Shown: in pieces, positions 28,443 to 38,123 of the stretch
How positions within the stretch are numbered: position 1 is the first letter of the stretch
Layout of the letters: each line of letters begins with the position of its first letter
Virus record (IMG/VR): IMGVR_UViG_3300043036_000143
Direction: 5' to 3' (one strand)
DNA: 38,123 bases
Origin: a virus
The notes under the pieces: model-generated
Databases searched by the model: none
Seen by the model: only the letters and a program-made list of their open reading frames with translations
Told to the model about the DNA's origin: nothing
Position numbers and translations under genes: made by a program

Positions 28443-31400
28443 TTATTCTGAATACAAGTTTTGTTTTTCGTCAAATTGTTTCGCCATGTTAATCAATTCA
28501 GCAGAGAACTCTGGATCACTAGATGCTTGGTGTGCTAGTGCTGTTGCTCCAGTTCTAGTCAAAAACATCTGCTTTGCCATTTGGTTGTATGCGTTATTGG
28601 CAGTGCCAGGAATAGCACTTTTAGCTAGAGCTGATTTAACCATATTGCTATTAATGCCAGATGAAAGCATTGCAGTGATAAATCTATTTCTGCTTGCATC
28701 AACCATGTTTTTAAGTGATACAATTACTGTTCCACCTTGTGGGCTTCCTATTACCCTAAAAGTAGATCCTGTTTTTGCAACATCAGCAATAGCATTTGCT
28801 TCAGCTGTAGCAGCCAAATCATAAAGGAAGTCAGCTTCTTCTTTACCAAGAACAGTTTGAAGTTTTTTAGCGAATGTAGTTACGTTGCCACTAGAAGGTC
28901 GATAATCATTCATGAATCTCTTTGTGTCAAAAATTGCCCTAAAAGGAACATTTGCATTTGGATCTCCACCTGAATAAGCATCAAGAAGCTCTCGCCTAAA
29001 ATCACCTTTGTAAAGATTCCTTGACTCTAGCGATGACTTGCTTAGTTGAGACATCGCATATTGAGTGTCTTTGATAGTGCTTGATGGAGACAATATTGAT
29101 TTTGAAAGAGCATCTGCATCAATGTTTTTGAAGTCTCCTTTTTGCGCAAGACTGAATATGGTTGACCGTGTTAGTGCATCTTCTTCTTTTTCTGCTTGAA
29201 TTCTCTTCGCGATCGTTTTTGCTAGAGCTTTTCTCTCAACTTCAGAAAGAGGTTTCCCCATTTTTTGTAAATCATCCATTGTAAGCTTGCTTGAACCAAG
29301 ATCACCAATGTTTTTGAGGTTGTTATTCAAATCAGAAATTGCTCTTAATTGAGCATCAGCTTGATTTCCGAAAAGAGCTTTAACCATGTTCTCATTTACA
29401 TCAACGCTTCTAGCACCTTTTCCTCGCAAACTTGGCTTAATGCCAATGTTATTCATGTATTCCAATTGAAGTAATCCAAGGATTCTATCAGCTTCTCCTG
29501 CTTTGCTAGGATCAAGCTGTCCAAGCTCACGAAGCGATTTGACAACTCTATCAATAGTAGCTGGTTCTTTTATTACTGCACTTACAATGTCTCTAGGTGT
29601 TTTTGATTTCTCACCAGCAGCTTCTTTCAAGACCGATCCTAAAAGATTTTTTTCGTAAGCGTTTCTTTCTTGAACCAATAGAGTGGTCTTGTCAAATTCA
29701 TCACCAAGATTTACTAGTGTTCCATTTGGCAGCTTAGCATTAATTCCACCGTAAATTTGTCTTCGCAATCCGCTTAATTCATTGGAAATAGCTACACCAA
29801 AAGCATCTTTGGTAGTTCCACCAACAGCATTATCTGGTCTAGCATCGCTAAATCGGCGGATAAAACCATCAAAAGATTTGAAATTTAATGGTTTATTGAT
29901 TGATTGGAGTTCTTCAACTTCTTTATTTAAATTATCAATTTGATTATTGGTTCTTAATTCTTCAGTCTGAATCTCTCGCAATCGAGTTTTTGATATTTTT
30001 TTATTTATATTCTTTTCTTTTGATAAATCTCTAAGATATTTCTTAGAGTTCCTAATCGCAGATTGAGCATCAGCAATTAAAACTGGAGCGTCTCTAATTC
30101 TAACCAAGTCATCTTCTATTCTTTTTACAGCAGCTTGATCCATTGATCCGCCCGCATTAACGCTTGATTTGATTCTTGGAAGCATTTTAAGCATTTCTCT
30201 TGCTTCCATCTTAAATCCTCCAGCATCAGCAATTTGAGAAAGGCGTTCATATTCTTGATTTTTCAAGTCTGTAATTTTTGTTTCTGCATCTTTGATAGAA
30301 TTAAACAAAATATCACCAAGCTCATCAGTATCACTTAACGCCCCTCTTGTCTGGCGATCTAGCGATCCTTCAATAAGTCTGGCGTTTCGTCCAGTTGCTG
30401 AAGCAATCTGTTGAGCTAAAGCTTTTTTTTGCTCCTGTTTTTGCAATGCAATATCTGCATAGTTGTTTGGATTTGCTGGAATGTTTGTTTTCCAATCGTC
30501 CGATAGTCGCAGCAAGGTTTCTTGAGTTCTACGAGCAGACGATGCAATGTTAGATTTTGGATATATTCCAGCAAGTTGAGATTGAGTCTCCATTCCTTGT
30601 GGACCAGCTAACTTAGCAGCAAATGGTGTGCTTACTTCACCTACTGCTCGACCTTGCTTCGCTGCCAGTTTCTGCTCTCTAACCATCAAGTTCTCTGCTG
30701 ACCTCTCAAGGTTTTTAGCAAACTCATTAACAAATTCATTACCTATTCTTGACGCTCTAAATGTTGGAATAGCTATATCAGTAACACCACCAATGCCAGC
30801 ACCAATTACAGCTTGAGTTCCACGTCTTGCGATTGTTCCGCCAATATCAGGTTTAAGACCATAAGCGTATCTTAATCCTTCGTCCATAAGCGCACCTGTT
30901 GCTGCACCAGCAGCGGAAGATACTCCAACTGCTGCTACTGGGCTTTTTGTTGTCCCAAGTGTTCCTAGAAACGTTCCAATTTCTACTGCTGTAGAAGGAA
31001 TTTCAGCGGCTACTCCTGCAAGCTCTGCAGCTCCCTTGTTCAATGTAGTTTTTACACTTCCATCAGGTTGAGTGATCAAGAACTCAGTATTCCCAGCAAC
31101 ATCTATTGGTCTTACATTTCCTTCTCCAAAGTAATTTGTTAGTAGTTGCGCTTTACTTGTTGGATCGTAAAGAGTTTCTAATTGCCCCATTAAAGAAGTT
31201 GGTAGCTTTTCAGCTTCAACACCTTTGCTTGGTGGCAAGTTAAAACGCTCACCAATAAGTTCACGTTTTCTTGCTTGTTGCTGCTCAACAGAAGGCATAT
31301 TATAGATTGGCGTAGGCATACCCATGCCACCTTTCCCACCCATGTTCATGTAGTTAGCTGTAGGACTAACTATTGGCGCACGAAGCTCTTCACCAATTGC

Positions 31401-31634
31401 TTGAATCCTTTCCAGTTCTGGCTTTTTTTCTTGCTCTGCAAGTTGTGCAAATTCATTATTAAGAGACTCTTCTAATTTAGTTGCTTCTCTTAAGTCATTA
31501 AGTAAAAGTTGACGTTTCCCTGCATTTTCATCACCAGATAATTCATCAATTTGTTTAGCAATTACTTTGCCAACATTAAATACTCGTTGAAGTTCAGAGT
31601 TAACGACTTCTTTTGATCTTTTAATTTCACTCAT
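28443..31634 (-). CDS. Large internal virion / ejection-type protein (1063 aa)
   Basis: Long and mostly helical with a Gly/Ala-rich hydrophobic stretch. The position is analogous to podovirus internal core proteins. The function is inferred only. Confidence 0.6.
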   Translation of the reverse strand: MSEIKRSKEVVNSELQRVFNVGKVIAKQIDELSGDENAGKRQLLLNDLREATKLEESLNNEFAQLAEQEKKPELERIQAIGEELRAPIVSPTANYMNMGGKGGMGMPTPIYNMPSVEQQQARKRELIGERFNLPPSKGVEAEKLPTSLMGQLETLYDPTSKAQLLTNYFGEGNVRPIDVAGNTEFLITQPDGSVKTTLNKGAAELAGVAAEIPSTAVEIGTFLGTLGTTKSPVAAVGVSSAAGAATGALMDEGLRYAYGLKPDIGGTIARRGTQAVIGAGIGGVTDIAIPTFRASRIGNEFVNEFAKNLERSAENLMVREQKLAAKQGRAVGEVSTPFAAKLAGPQGMETQSQLAGIYPKSNIASSARRTQETLLRLSDDWKTNIPANPNNYADIALQKQEQKKALAQQIASATGRNARLIEGSLDRQTRGALSDTDELGDILFNSIKDAETKITDLKNQEYERLSQIADAGGFKMEAREMLKMLPRIKSSVNAGGSMDQAAVKRIEDDLVRIRDAPVLIADAQSAIRNSKKYLRDLSKEKNINKKISKTRLREIQTEELRTNNQIDNLNKEVEELQSINKPLNFKSFDGFIRRFSDARPDNAVGGTTKDAFGVAISNELSGLRRQIYGGINAKLPNGTLVNLGDEFDKTTLLVQERNAYEKNLLGSVLKEAAGEKSKTPRDIVSAVIKEPATIDRVVKSLRELGQLDPSKAGEADRILGLLQLEYMNNIGIKPSLRGKGARSVDVNENMVKALFGNQADAQLRAISDLNNNLKNIGDLGSSKLTMDDLQKMGKPLSEVERKALAKTIAKRIQAEKEEDALTRSTIFSLAQKGDFKNIDADALSKSILSPSSTIKDTQYAMSQLSKSSLESRNLYKGDFRRELLDAYSGGDPNANVPFRAIFDTKRFMNDYRPSSGNVTTFAKKLQTVLGKEEADFLYDLAATAEANAIADVAKTGSTFRVIGSPQGGTVIVSLKNMVDASRNRFITAMLSSGINSNMVKSALAKSAIPGTANNAYNQMAKQMFLTRTGATALAHQASSDPEFSAELINMAKQFDEKQNLYSE

Positions 31635-33203
31635 TTATTTTTTCTGTGTGGAATATTTCTCTTCAAGAGCTTTTAATGAATCAGCAACTGGAGTGGCTGT
31701 CGGCGCAGGAGTAGCAGCAAGACCAAGAATTTGCTCTCTATACATTTGTTCAACTTGGTCATTTTGTTCTTTTGTTATATCCCCATCTGCAAGAGCTTTT
31801 TCACGCTCGCTTTTAGTTCCATGGATGTAGTCAAAAACTGTTTGCTTAAGTCTTTTTAAGTCATTTTTTAAGGTCGCTTTATCTCCGCCTACATCAAGAA
31901 CACCATACATATTCTCAAGCCTCTTGCCTTCTTTTTCAGTAAGTGAACCAAGCCCAGAAGCACCAGTAGGCGATGCTGCTTTTAATTGTTTCAAGGAACT
32001 CAAAGCAATACTATCTTTTATCGCAGGTAAAATTTGATTTTTCAATTTATACTCCTGCGTTCCAGGTATTGTAGATTTAGCCATGTCAATAAGCGTTCCA
32101 GGACCATATGTTGAAATACTATAATCAATAATTTCTTCAGCTTCATTTGCTTTATCAGTAATGAAATTAGATTGTCTAGTTTCTTCAAATTCAGATGCTC
32201 TTTTTGTTTTGGCTAATGCTTCTGCTTTACCACCAACTCCAGCACCTTGTCTATAAGTTGTGCTTCCATCTGGATTTACTGTAAACTCAGTTCCAGAAGG
32301 TGGTCTAATTGGATAAAATTTACCAGTTAACTCGCTTATTTGTCCAGGAACACCATAAGGAGCTGATTCTTCAGCAGTTGCAATACGAAATGTTTCAACT
32401 TTTTTACCATCTTCTACAGGAATCGCATACGAAGGAACTGAAGCATTTGGTTGCGATCCTTCAAATGGAGGCAATGTAGGCACTTCGCTTTCTACTCCAG
32501 TATTAAGAGGTGGCAACAAACTTGGGTCATTAGTATAAAGATTATCAGCAGGAAGCTCTGAGGCATTAACAATTGCATTAGATTTATTCTGAAGCCCACC
32601 TGTTGCTTGAGAAGCAGGCAAGTTTAATGCAGAAGTAATTCCTGATGCTGTAGTAGGAGTTCCAACAACTGTTCCATCAGGTCTTGTTCTTATGCCTGTT
32701 GCGGGGTCAAAAGAAACTGGCACTTTATACTGCTTGCCATTTATAGTTTCTATAATTTCACCTTGTTGAAAGTTTACGTTTTTGCCACCTGTAGTGTTTC
32801 TTGCATTCATCAATTGATCCTGATCAAATCGACCAAACACGTTAGGAATCATCGCCTTGCCTTCATCCAGCAATGCAGCTTTCTCGATAGGGCTAAGATT
32901 AGGATCATTGTATGATTGCAAGAATGGAGCTAGAGTTTCTTCTACTCCTTTAATTTCATACGATTTACCTAGAGTAATCGCAGCTTCGATAGACTTAGCA
33001 GATGCTTTGTTGTAAGCGTCAACTTTCTTCTGCTCTTTTTTCACTTCACCGTAGTTTTGAATAGCTCCCCCGATACTCTGTCCTAGCCCAGCAATTCCCT
33101 GTGCTTGCATTCTAGCCGCATCAGCGAATCCACCGAAATCTAGTTTGAATGACTCAGGGTTAATTCCTGAACCTAGCATTTGTCCTTTTCCGTAAGCTGC
33201 CAT
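31635..33203 (-). CDS. Internal virion-type protein (522 aa)
   Basis: ORF contiguous with its neighbours. No catalytic motif was recognised. Confidence 0.6.
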   Translation of the reverse strand: MAAYGKGQMLGSGINPESFKLDFGGFADAARMQAQGIAGLGQSIGGAIQNYGEVKKEQKKVDAYNKASAKSIEAAITLGKSYEIKGVEETLAPFLQSYNDPNLSPIEKAALLDEGKAMIPNVFGRFDQDQLMNARNTTGGKNVNFQQGEIIETINGKQYKVPVSFDPATGIRTRPDGTVVGTPTTASGITSALNLPASQATGGLQNKSNAIVNASELPADNLYTNDPSLLPPLNTGVESEVPTLPPFEGSQPNASVPSYAIPVEDGKKVETFRIATAEESAPYGVPGQISELTGKFYPIRPPSGTEFTVNPDGSTTYRQGAGVGGKAEALAKTKRASEFEETRQSNFITDKANEAEEIIDYSISTYGPGTLIDMAKSTIPGTQEYKLKNQILPAIKDSIALSSLKQLKAASPTGASGLGSLTEKEGKRLENMYGVLDVGGDKATLKNDLKRLKQTVFDYIHGTKSEREKALADGDITKEQNDQVEQMYREQILGLAATPAPTATPVADSLKALEEKYSTQKK

Positions 33204-33216
33204 ATTGTTTTATTTT

Positions 33217-34062
33217 TTATTTAATGCGGTTGCCTACAACTTTAGTAACAGATCCGCCAATTTCACCAATCGCATTGAACATTGCTGCGTTCTGCGCTGC
33301 TTTAGCTTGTGCATTTGCGGCAGCAGCTTGCAATTGGTTTGACCGTTGAGCGGCACCAAGGTTCAATCCAACAGATGTATCAAACAACTGTGGTGTTCCT
33401 GCGCCGATTGCGCCAAGACCTGTATTAATAAATTGTTGACCCTGTTGATACGACAATGGTGCATTGCTAAGTAATCCTAACCCAGGCTGCGTGTAGAATC
33501 CTTGCGCAACATTGTAGGCATTTTGCCCTGCTTGTGCTGCTTCGGCACGTTTGCGAGCAAATACATCCTCACGCCCCATGACTTCAGAGGCGATAGCTGC
33601 ATTCCCACCTAATCTACCAGCCGCTGCTGCGCCTTCACGGGCTGTTTGCTGGTATCCGCGCTGTTCTTGTGGGCTAATCATCTGAGAGGCTGCTAATGCA
33701 CGTTGTGCTTCAGTATTGAATCCTTGCACCACGCCAGCTTGCTCTGGAGATAACGCTTGCATCAACCCACGGGTTAATCCTGCTTGTCCAGTCATCTGTC
33801 CAAGTTCTGCTTGGCGAGCGTCACCTAGTCCCATGCCAGCTTGTTGTGCTGCTTCATTGCTAAGACCAAAGATTCCTTGTTGCCCACCTGCTCCAGTTAA
33901 GAACGATTGGATATCACCAAGATTCAATCCTTGAAATTGTGGACGAAATTGTTGTTCTTGCGTGAAAATCTGCGGCAGAGATTGCGACATTCCTGAAACG
34001 TAACTGCTAATATCTTTAGCAATATCCATCTTCGGAGCTTTGACTTTTGGTGCTGATCCCAT
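33217..34062 (-). CDS. Q/G/A-rich structural protein (281 aa)
   Basis: A low-complexity, Gln/Gly/Ala-rich ORF in the structural operon. Confidence 0.6.
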   Translation of the reverse strand: MGSAPKVKAPKMDIAKDISSYVSGMSQSLPQIFTQEQQFRPQFQGLNLGDIQSFLTGAGGQQGIFGLSNEAAQQAGMGLGDARQAELGQMTGQAGLTRGLMQALSPEQAGVVQGFNTEAQRALAASQMISPQEQRGYQQTAREGAAAAGRLGGNAAIASEVMGREDVFARKRAEAAQAGQNAYNVAQGFYTQPGLGLLSNAPLSYQQGQQFINTGLGAIGAGTPQLFDTSVGLNLGAAQRSNQLQAAAANAQAKAAQNAAMFNAIGEIGGSVTKVVGNRIK

Positions 34063-34065
34063 AAT

Positions 34066-34398
34066 TTATCGTAGTTTAGAGTAAAAGGTTTTCATGCTCA
34101 ACAAGCGATTGCGACTTGATTGTTTAAAGTCACGCCGAAAAGCGATGTATTTGTATTTGTTTTTAAAAGGCTTAAGCGCATCCAACATGTTTCCACAACA
34201 CATAGTAACGTAAAGTGTATCCGATTCTTCAAACGTAACAGCTTCTTCAAGATTCTTACTGCTGGTGTGGAATCCCATAGCGAAAGCATATGGAGTAGAA
34301 ACAACAATGCCATGACACAAATGCCAACCAATAAAGCTTTGAATGTCGATGTTGTTTGATTCATAAAGGTTAAGAACTATGGCGAGGTGTGGATTCAT
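34066..34398 (-). CDS. Hypothetical protein
   Basis: 110-aa ORF, ATGA-coupled to the fibre gene. Confidence 0.6.
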   Translation of the reverse strand: MNPHLAIVLNLYESNNIDIQSFIGWHLCHGIVVSTPYAFAMGFHTSSKNLEEAVTFEESDTLYVTMCCGNMLDALKPFKNKYKYIAFRRDFKQSSRNRLLSMKTFYSKLR

Positions 34399-35372
34399 CC
34401 AATGATTGCTACGCTATTGCACTCAGCATCAATCGCAGTGCTAGACGTGTTAATAGTCAAGATTCGTGCGCATTGTGCGTTGTATGGAGAGCCAGATAGA
34501 ATGTCATTACCAGAAGTTGTTGCAAAAGCCTTGGCTTCACTACAAGTTCCTAGCACAGAAAAGTTTGCATTCGGCAGAGCTACAGAGAAATTGGCAACAT
34601 AGTAACCGTCTGCTGGTGTATCGCTTGTTGATGGAGGAATAACTGGACTAGGAGCAGCAGCAGAAACGCATGAGATATTGCCACTAGATTTGATTTCTTT
34701 TCTCAGCAAGTTTGCTGTCCCAGTTCCGCTTGCAGATGCTACACTTGTTACGGTAAATGTATTTGCATCAGTAACTGTAGCCACTTGATAAAGACCATCA
34801 GGAGCAACCGTTCCAGTTAAAAAATCAATAAAGATAAGGTTTCCAGCAATTAACCCATGCGCAGTTGCGGTAATTGTTACAGTAGTTCCAGACCTAGAAA
34901 AGTTTGCTGAAAGGTCAGTATCTACAGTTGCGTCAAAGTTTACCCATGCTCTCACCCCATAAACTGGAGCAGTGCCAGTCTGCGCTCCACTGAGCTTAGG
35001 TGCTGTCACATTGGCATCAAGGATCTTGGTAGTAGTCACATTAGCATCCAAGATGTTAGCAGTTGCTACTGTAATGCCAGTCGGCAATGCTTCTGATGCT
35101 AACTTGGAAAGCGAAATGGCAGCAGATGCGCTAATTTTAGCATTGGTAATAACTCCACTTGCAATAGAGTTTGCTGTAACAGCATCAACACCCATTTCAT
35201 TAGAAGTAATACCAGATGTAGCTACTTTTAATTTGCCAGAAGTCAGCGCAAGAGTTGTTCCAGAAATAGCATCAGTCGTAAATAACGTCTGGTCGATGAT
35301 GTTGTTCATCAACGTGCTGGTAATAACCTCGTTCGTTGCAAAAGTGTGCGTTGTTTCTACTACTCCAGCCAT
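34395..35372 (-). CDS. Tail fibre-like protein
   Basis: Contains short repeats (ILDANVTTTKILDANVTAPKL) and one copy of the HGL...G(D/N) beta-domain also present three times in the 810-aa protein. Confidence 0.65.
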   Translation of the reverse strand: MAGVVETTHTFATNEVITSTLMNNIIDQTLFTTDAISGTTLALTSGKLKVATSGITSNEMGVDAVTANSIASGVITNAKISASAAISLSKLASEALPTGITVATANILDANVTTTKILDANVTAPKLSGAQTGTAPVYGVRAWVNFDATVDTDLSANFSRSGTTVTITATAHGLIAGNLIFIDFLTGTVAPDGLYQVATVTDANTFTVTSVASASGTGTANLLRKEIKSSGNISCVSAAAPSPVIPPSTSDTPADGYYVANFSVALPNANFSVLGTCSEAKAFATTSGNDILSGSPYNAQCARILTINTSSTAIDAECNSVAIIG

Positions 35373-35373
35373 A

Positions 35374-37806
35374 TTATTTTTGTGAGATGATTTGTCGGTT
35401 TGTCACAGAGCCTGTAACTTTTATGGATGTGATTTTAGGGGAACCAATTGTCCGTGTCAAGGTTAGCGTTCCTAGATAGCCTCTAATGCCACCAAGACGG
35501 AAGCGGATATTACCTGTTTCGTCCTCGTTGGTAGATCCTGTGCCAAGCACTACACCATCAAGGAACATAGTCGTCGTTCCAATGCTTTGATTGTTGTCTG
35601 GATCTTCTGCTGCGAAAGAAATATCATACTCACCTAGACCACCATCGACACATTGCATGGTAATTTGCCCATCTGTAAAGCGTTTGCGGTCAAGATTTCC
35701 TAGCGCATAGCCTCTAGTTGTCAAAGATGACTCAATAGGGAAGCTAGTTACTAAGCCAGCAGACACTAAACTGTCATTAGATGTCTCAACAGCTTCTAAT
35801 TCATGCACTCCACCTAGTGAAGTTACGGCATAAATGTTATTTCGCTCGGCAGCACTGCCAATAATTATGTTTTTGATGATGAAATCACCAGCACCGAACG
35901 TATCTATAGACTCCCATCCTTTGTTTAGGAAATTGAATATCAAGATTGTGTTGTTTCCAGTAGCATCGTTAGCTCCAGCAATGGAATCTAAGGCTACAGC
36001 AAGGTAATATCGGTTATTGAACAGAGTTCCAACCGCCTCGGCAGCTAGATTCTTGTTGATTCTGTCAATATACGGTTGGATGTTCTTAGAAATAGGCTCA
36101 TCTGCACCGCGAAGGTTGTAGTCATTTAAGAACTCAACAGCATACACACCTTCATCCGAAAGGAAAAACATAGCATTGCCTTTCATGACAACGCTTTTTT
36201 TAGCTAAGCACCCGACTTCGTTAGTCAGCGCAGTCACACGGGTGTCATTTAAGCTCCCAGTAGTGCCGCTAATAAGGTGCAAGCTATTGCGATTAAGGAC
36301 AACTAGCTTGTCGTCGTAAAATCCTTGCATCGCCACAACATAATCTGCTGTGCCACCAGTAATTCGGAACTGATTGGCAATCTGGTCAAACGTATGGCTA
36401 TCTAAAATATCCGATACTGCAATCTCATCTGTGATATTTCGATTCGTATAGGTAGGAGAACTAAATGTTCCAGCAGGTTGATAGTAGAATGGAACCCACA
36501 ATCTACGTTGGAAGTAAACTCCCCATGGCGGAGCGGGTTGATGAATGAATCCTAGACCTTCGCTGAAGCGTCCACCGAACTCAACTTGCAATCCACCACC
36601 AAGGGTAGCCAAATCGCCGACTGGGGCAATAAAAGAAATGTTTGTGGTAGTTGCACTCAGCACCTCAAACGACTTACCAGAGATGGCACTGAACTCAGGA
36701 ACGGTAGTCTCGTAGATGACAATAGTATCTCCAGCGACAATCGTCGTATTGCCTGTAACTATTAAGCTGACAACACCTCCAGATACAGAGCCGTCATTCC
36801 CAACTGTGGTAAAGATTTGTGGTTGCGTATAAGCGCCTCCTGGCACAAGCGTGAACCCAGCTTTCAACACGCCAGCAGTAACACCGAATGTCACCGTCTG
36901 CGAGGTTGTAAAGGTATAGGTAAAGACATCTTTGTCTGTCACCGCCAACACAGTAAACGTGCCATCGGCAGGAGTGCCACCAGTAAGCCCACTGACTACG
37001 ATGCTATCGCCGACAGTTAATCCGTGGTCTTTCACACGCATTGTTACAGTAGTCGTTCCAGCTTGACTTGCGCTTTCAATCTGACGACCATTAGGGAACC
37101 ATTCAAACGCTTGAGACCCATTACGGAACAAAAACACGCGATCAAACGCTTGTATCATGTCAGTGTCGCTAGTAACGGATTGACTTGTAGGATACTCAAT
37201 ATCCTGCTGCGTATATCCATCTAAATCTACTAAGATAGCCTTAGTATCCAATGCCAGCACGATGCTTTCTGAATTGCCTGTGTTTGGATCGCTGAACAAG
37301 CAAGATGCTCGAACGTTGACGTTAGCGGCATCGTTTATCGGAGTTGTGGACAATGTGCCAGTCTGGTCACTAATGGATGTTAATCCAGCTACGGAATACG
37401 TCAGCGTGTTAGCACTAGCTACGGTCAACGTAAAGTCACCGTTCATCTCGACATTGCCGACAAGTCCAGTAATCCTTCCTAGTGCCGTGCCAGTCAACCC
37501 GTGACCTGTAATCGTAATCGTAACCACGCCAGCAGTTACACTAGCGGCAGTGATGTTCTTAGCTACGTCAATCAGAAAGAACGGCAACTGTAACGGACTG
37601 CCACCACTGGTTAACGATCCAGTCCTAGCTAGAATACCTCTGCGTGGCTTCCAATATCCTTCCATCCTGCCATTCAACGACTCACGCACCTCACCAACTT
37701 CTAGCTGGTTCAACTGCAATCGCTGATTCACACTCAGAAACCCACCATCCCCATCTGAGGATTGCGCTTCGTCCATCGCACTGCCGCTCTGTGCAAACTG
37801 ACTCAT
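35374..37806 (-). CDS. Tail nozzle/tubular-type protein with three inserted repeat domains (810 aa)
   Basis: Carries three repeats of about 50 aa (aa ~90-140, 250-300 and 342-392) plus a C-terminal beta-rich region (FFLSDEGVYAV, NNRYYLAV, ILIFNFLNKGWESIDTF). The function is inferred from size and position. Confidence 0.6.
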   Translation of the reverse strand: MSQFAQSGSAMDEAQSSDGDGGFLSVNQRLQLNQLEVGEVRESLNGRMEGYWKPRRGILARTGSLTSGGSPLQLPFFLIDVAKNITAASVTAGVVTITITGHGLTGTALGRITGLVGNVEMNGDFTLTVASANTLTYSVAGLTSISDQTGTLSTTPINDAANVNVRASCLFSDPNTGNSESIVLALDTKAILVDLDGYTQQDIEYPTSQSVTSDTDMIQAFDRVFLFRNGSQAFEWFPNGRQIESASQAGTTTVTMRVKDHGLTVGDSIVVSGLTGGTPADGTFTVLAVTDKDVFTYTFTTSQTVTFGVTAGVLKAGFTLVPGGAYTQPQIFTTVGNDGSVSGGVVSLIVTGNTTIVAGDTIVIYETTVPEFSAISGKSFEVLSATTTNISFIAPVGDLATLGGGLQVEFGGRFSEGLGFIHQPAPPWGVYFQRRLWVPFYYQPAGTFSSPTYTNRNITDEIAVSDILDSHTFDQIANQFRITGGTADYVVAMQGFYDDKLVVLNRNSLHLISGTTGSLNDTRVTALTNEVGCLAKKSVVMKGNAMFFLSDEGVYAVEFLNDYNLRGADEPISKNIQPYIDRINKNLAAEAVGTLFNNRYYLAVALDSIAGANDATGNNTILIFNFLNKGWESIDTFGAGDFIIKNIIIGSAAERNNIYAVTSLGGVHELEAVETSNDSLVSAGLVTSFPIESSLTTRGYALGNLDRKRFTDGQITMQCVDGGLGEYDISFAAEDPDNNQSIGTTTMFLDGVVLGTGSTNEDETGNIRFRLGGIRGYLGTLTLTRTIGSPKITSIKVTGSVTNRQIISQK

Positions 37807-38060
37807 TATGCGTAATAGGCAATTACAGAGCCACTAGTAAGTGAAATCGCAGAAAATTTACCACCAATTCCAATACCAGCAGGGACAGTAACACCAACAA
37901 TGTCTTCTATTGATAAGATGTTAGCAGATCCAATATCGCTAAACACTGTGTCTGTAATAACTTGAATCCAACGGAAATCGCCAGCAACAACACCAGATGA
38001 AGAGTTGATATATTTGCCTCCACCTTGTCCTTGTAAATCGTAGCTAATAGGGCTGCTCAT
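37806..38060 (-). CDS. Hypothetical structural protein (first gene of the minus-strand operon)
   Basis: 84-aa ORF with a TAATG overlap onto the next gene. Its ATG lies 7 nt downstream of the -10 of the candidate promoter. Confidence 0.65.
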   Translation of the reverse strand: MSSPISYDLQGQGGGKYINSSSGVVAGDFRWIQVITDTVFSDIGSANILSIEDIVGVTVPAGIGIGGKFSAISLTSGSVIAYYA

Positions 38061-38123
38061 GCGCGTGTTTTATCATTTTGTGAGGATTTGTCAAGTAGCC
38101 ATTTAGGCATTTTTTCGGAGGGT
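37997..38123. repeat. Second copy of the 127-bp terminal overlap
   Basis: Identical to 1..127. Confidence 0.95.

Noticed and set aside
1-38123. Lysogeny module, integrase, att sites, toxin-antitoxin or a recognisable defence/anti-defence operon
   Set aside because: No integrase, recombinase or CI-like repressor motifs were recognised in any frame. The small RHH/HTH proteins alone are insufficient to call a lysogeny switch.

Overview
The window is a complete tailed-phage genome, podovirus-like in gene content, assembled as a circle. Bases 1..127 are identical to 37997..38123, so the unique length is 37,996 bp. Host is unknown, and no integrase, DNA polymerase, RNA polymerase, tRNA or CRISPR array was seen.

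Layout:
- Plus-strand early/replication arm (about 418..15382): many small ORFs chained by ATGA/TGATG stop-start overlaps, an ERF annealase with a PD-(D/E)xK exonuclease, a DnaA-domain-IV-like protein, a DnaC-like loader, MazG, two proteins with SSB-type C-terminal tips, RHH/HTH regulators, a C5-cytosine methyltransferase and an HNH nuclease. A short leftward two-gene module (7375..7892) and a roughly 690-nt noncoding region interrupt this arm.
- Minus-strand structural/lysis arm (38060 down to 15421): tail proteins, large internal-virion-like proteins, terS, terL, portal, scaffold, major capsid, fibre, lysis cassette and a metallophosphoesterase.

Main hunt results:
1. Three canonical type I hammerhead ribozymes lie in the early operon (1801..1850, 3438..3485, 3788..3838). 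Their stems covary, two of them contain the stop codon of the upstream ORF inside the catalytic core, and each is followed by a conserved UGGC-N3-4-GCCA hairpin. Together they bracket discrete RNA units.
2. The dcm gene (14090..14980) is completely overlapped by a second 295-codon ORF in the +1 frame (14106..14993). That ORF is ATGA-coupled to the upstream gene and carries its own recognisable motifs, so this is either a dual-coding (overprinted) locus or a site of programmed frameshifting.
3. Smaller signals: iteron-like repeats between divergent promoters, promoters placed so that the mRNAs would be leaderless, CA-repeat leaders in place of Shine-Dalgarno sites, and a conserved 18-nt box.

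All family assignments come from motif recognition by eye. No searches were run.
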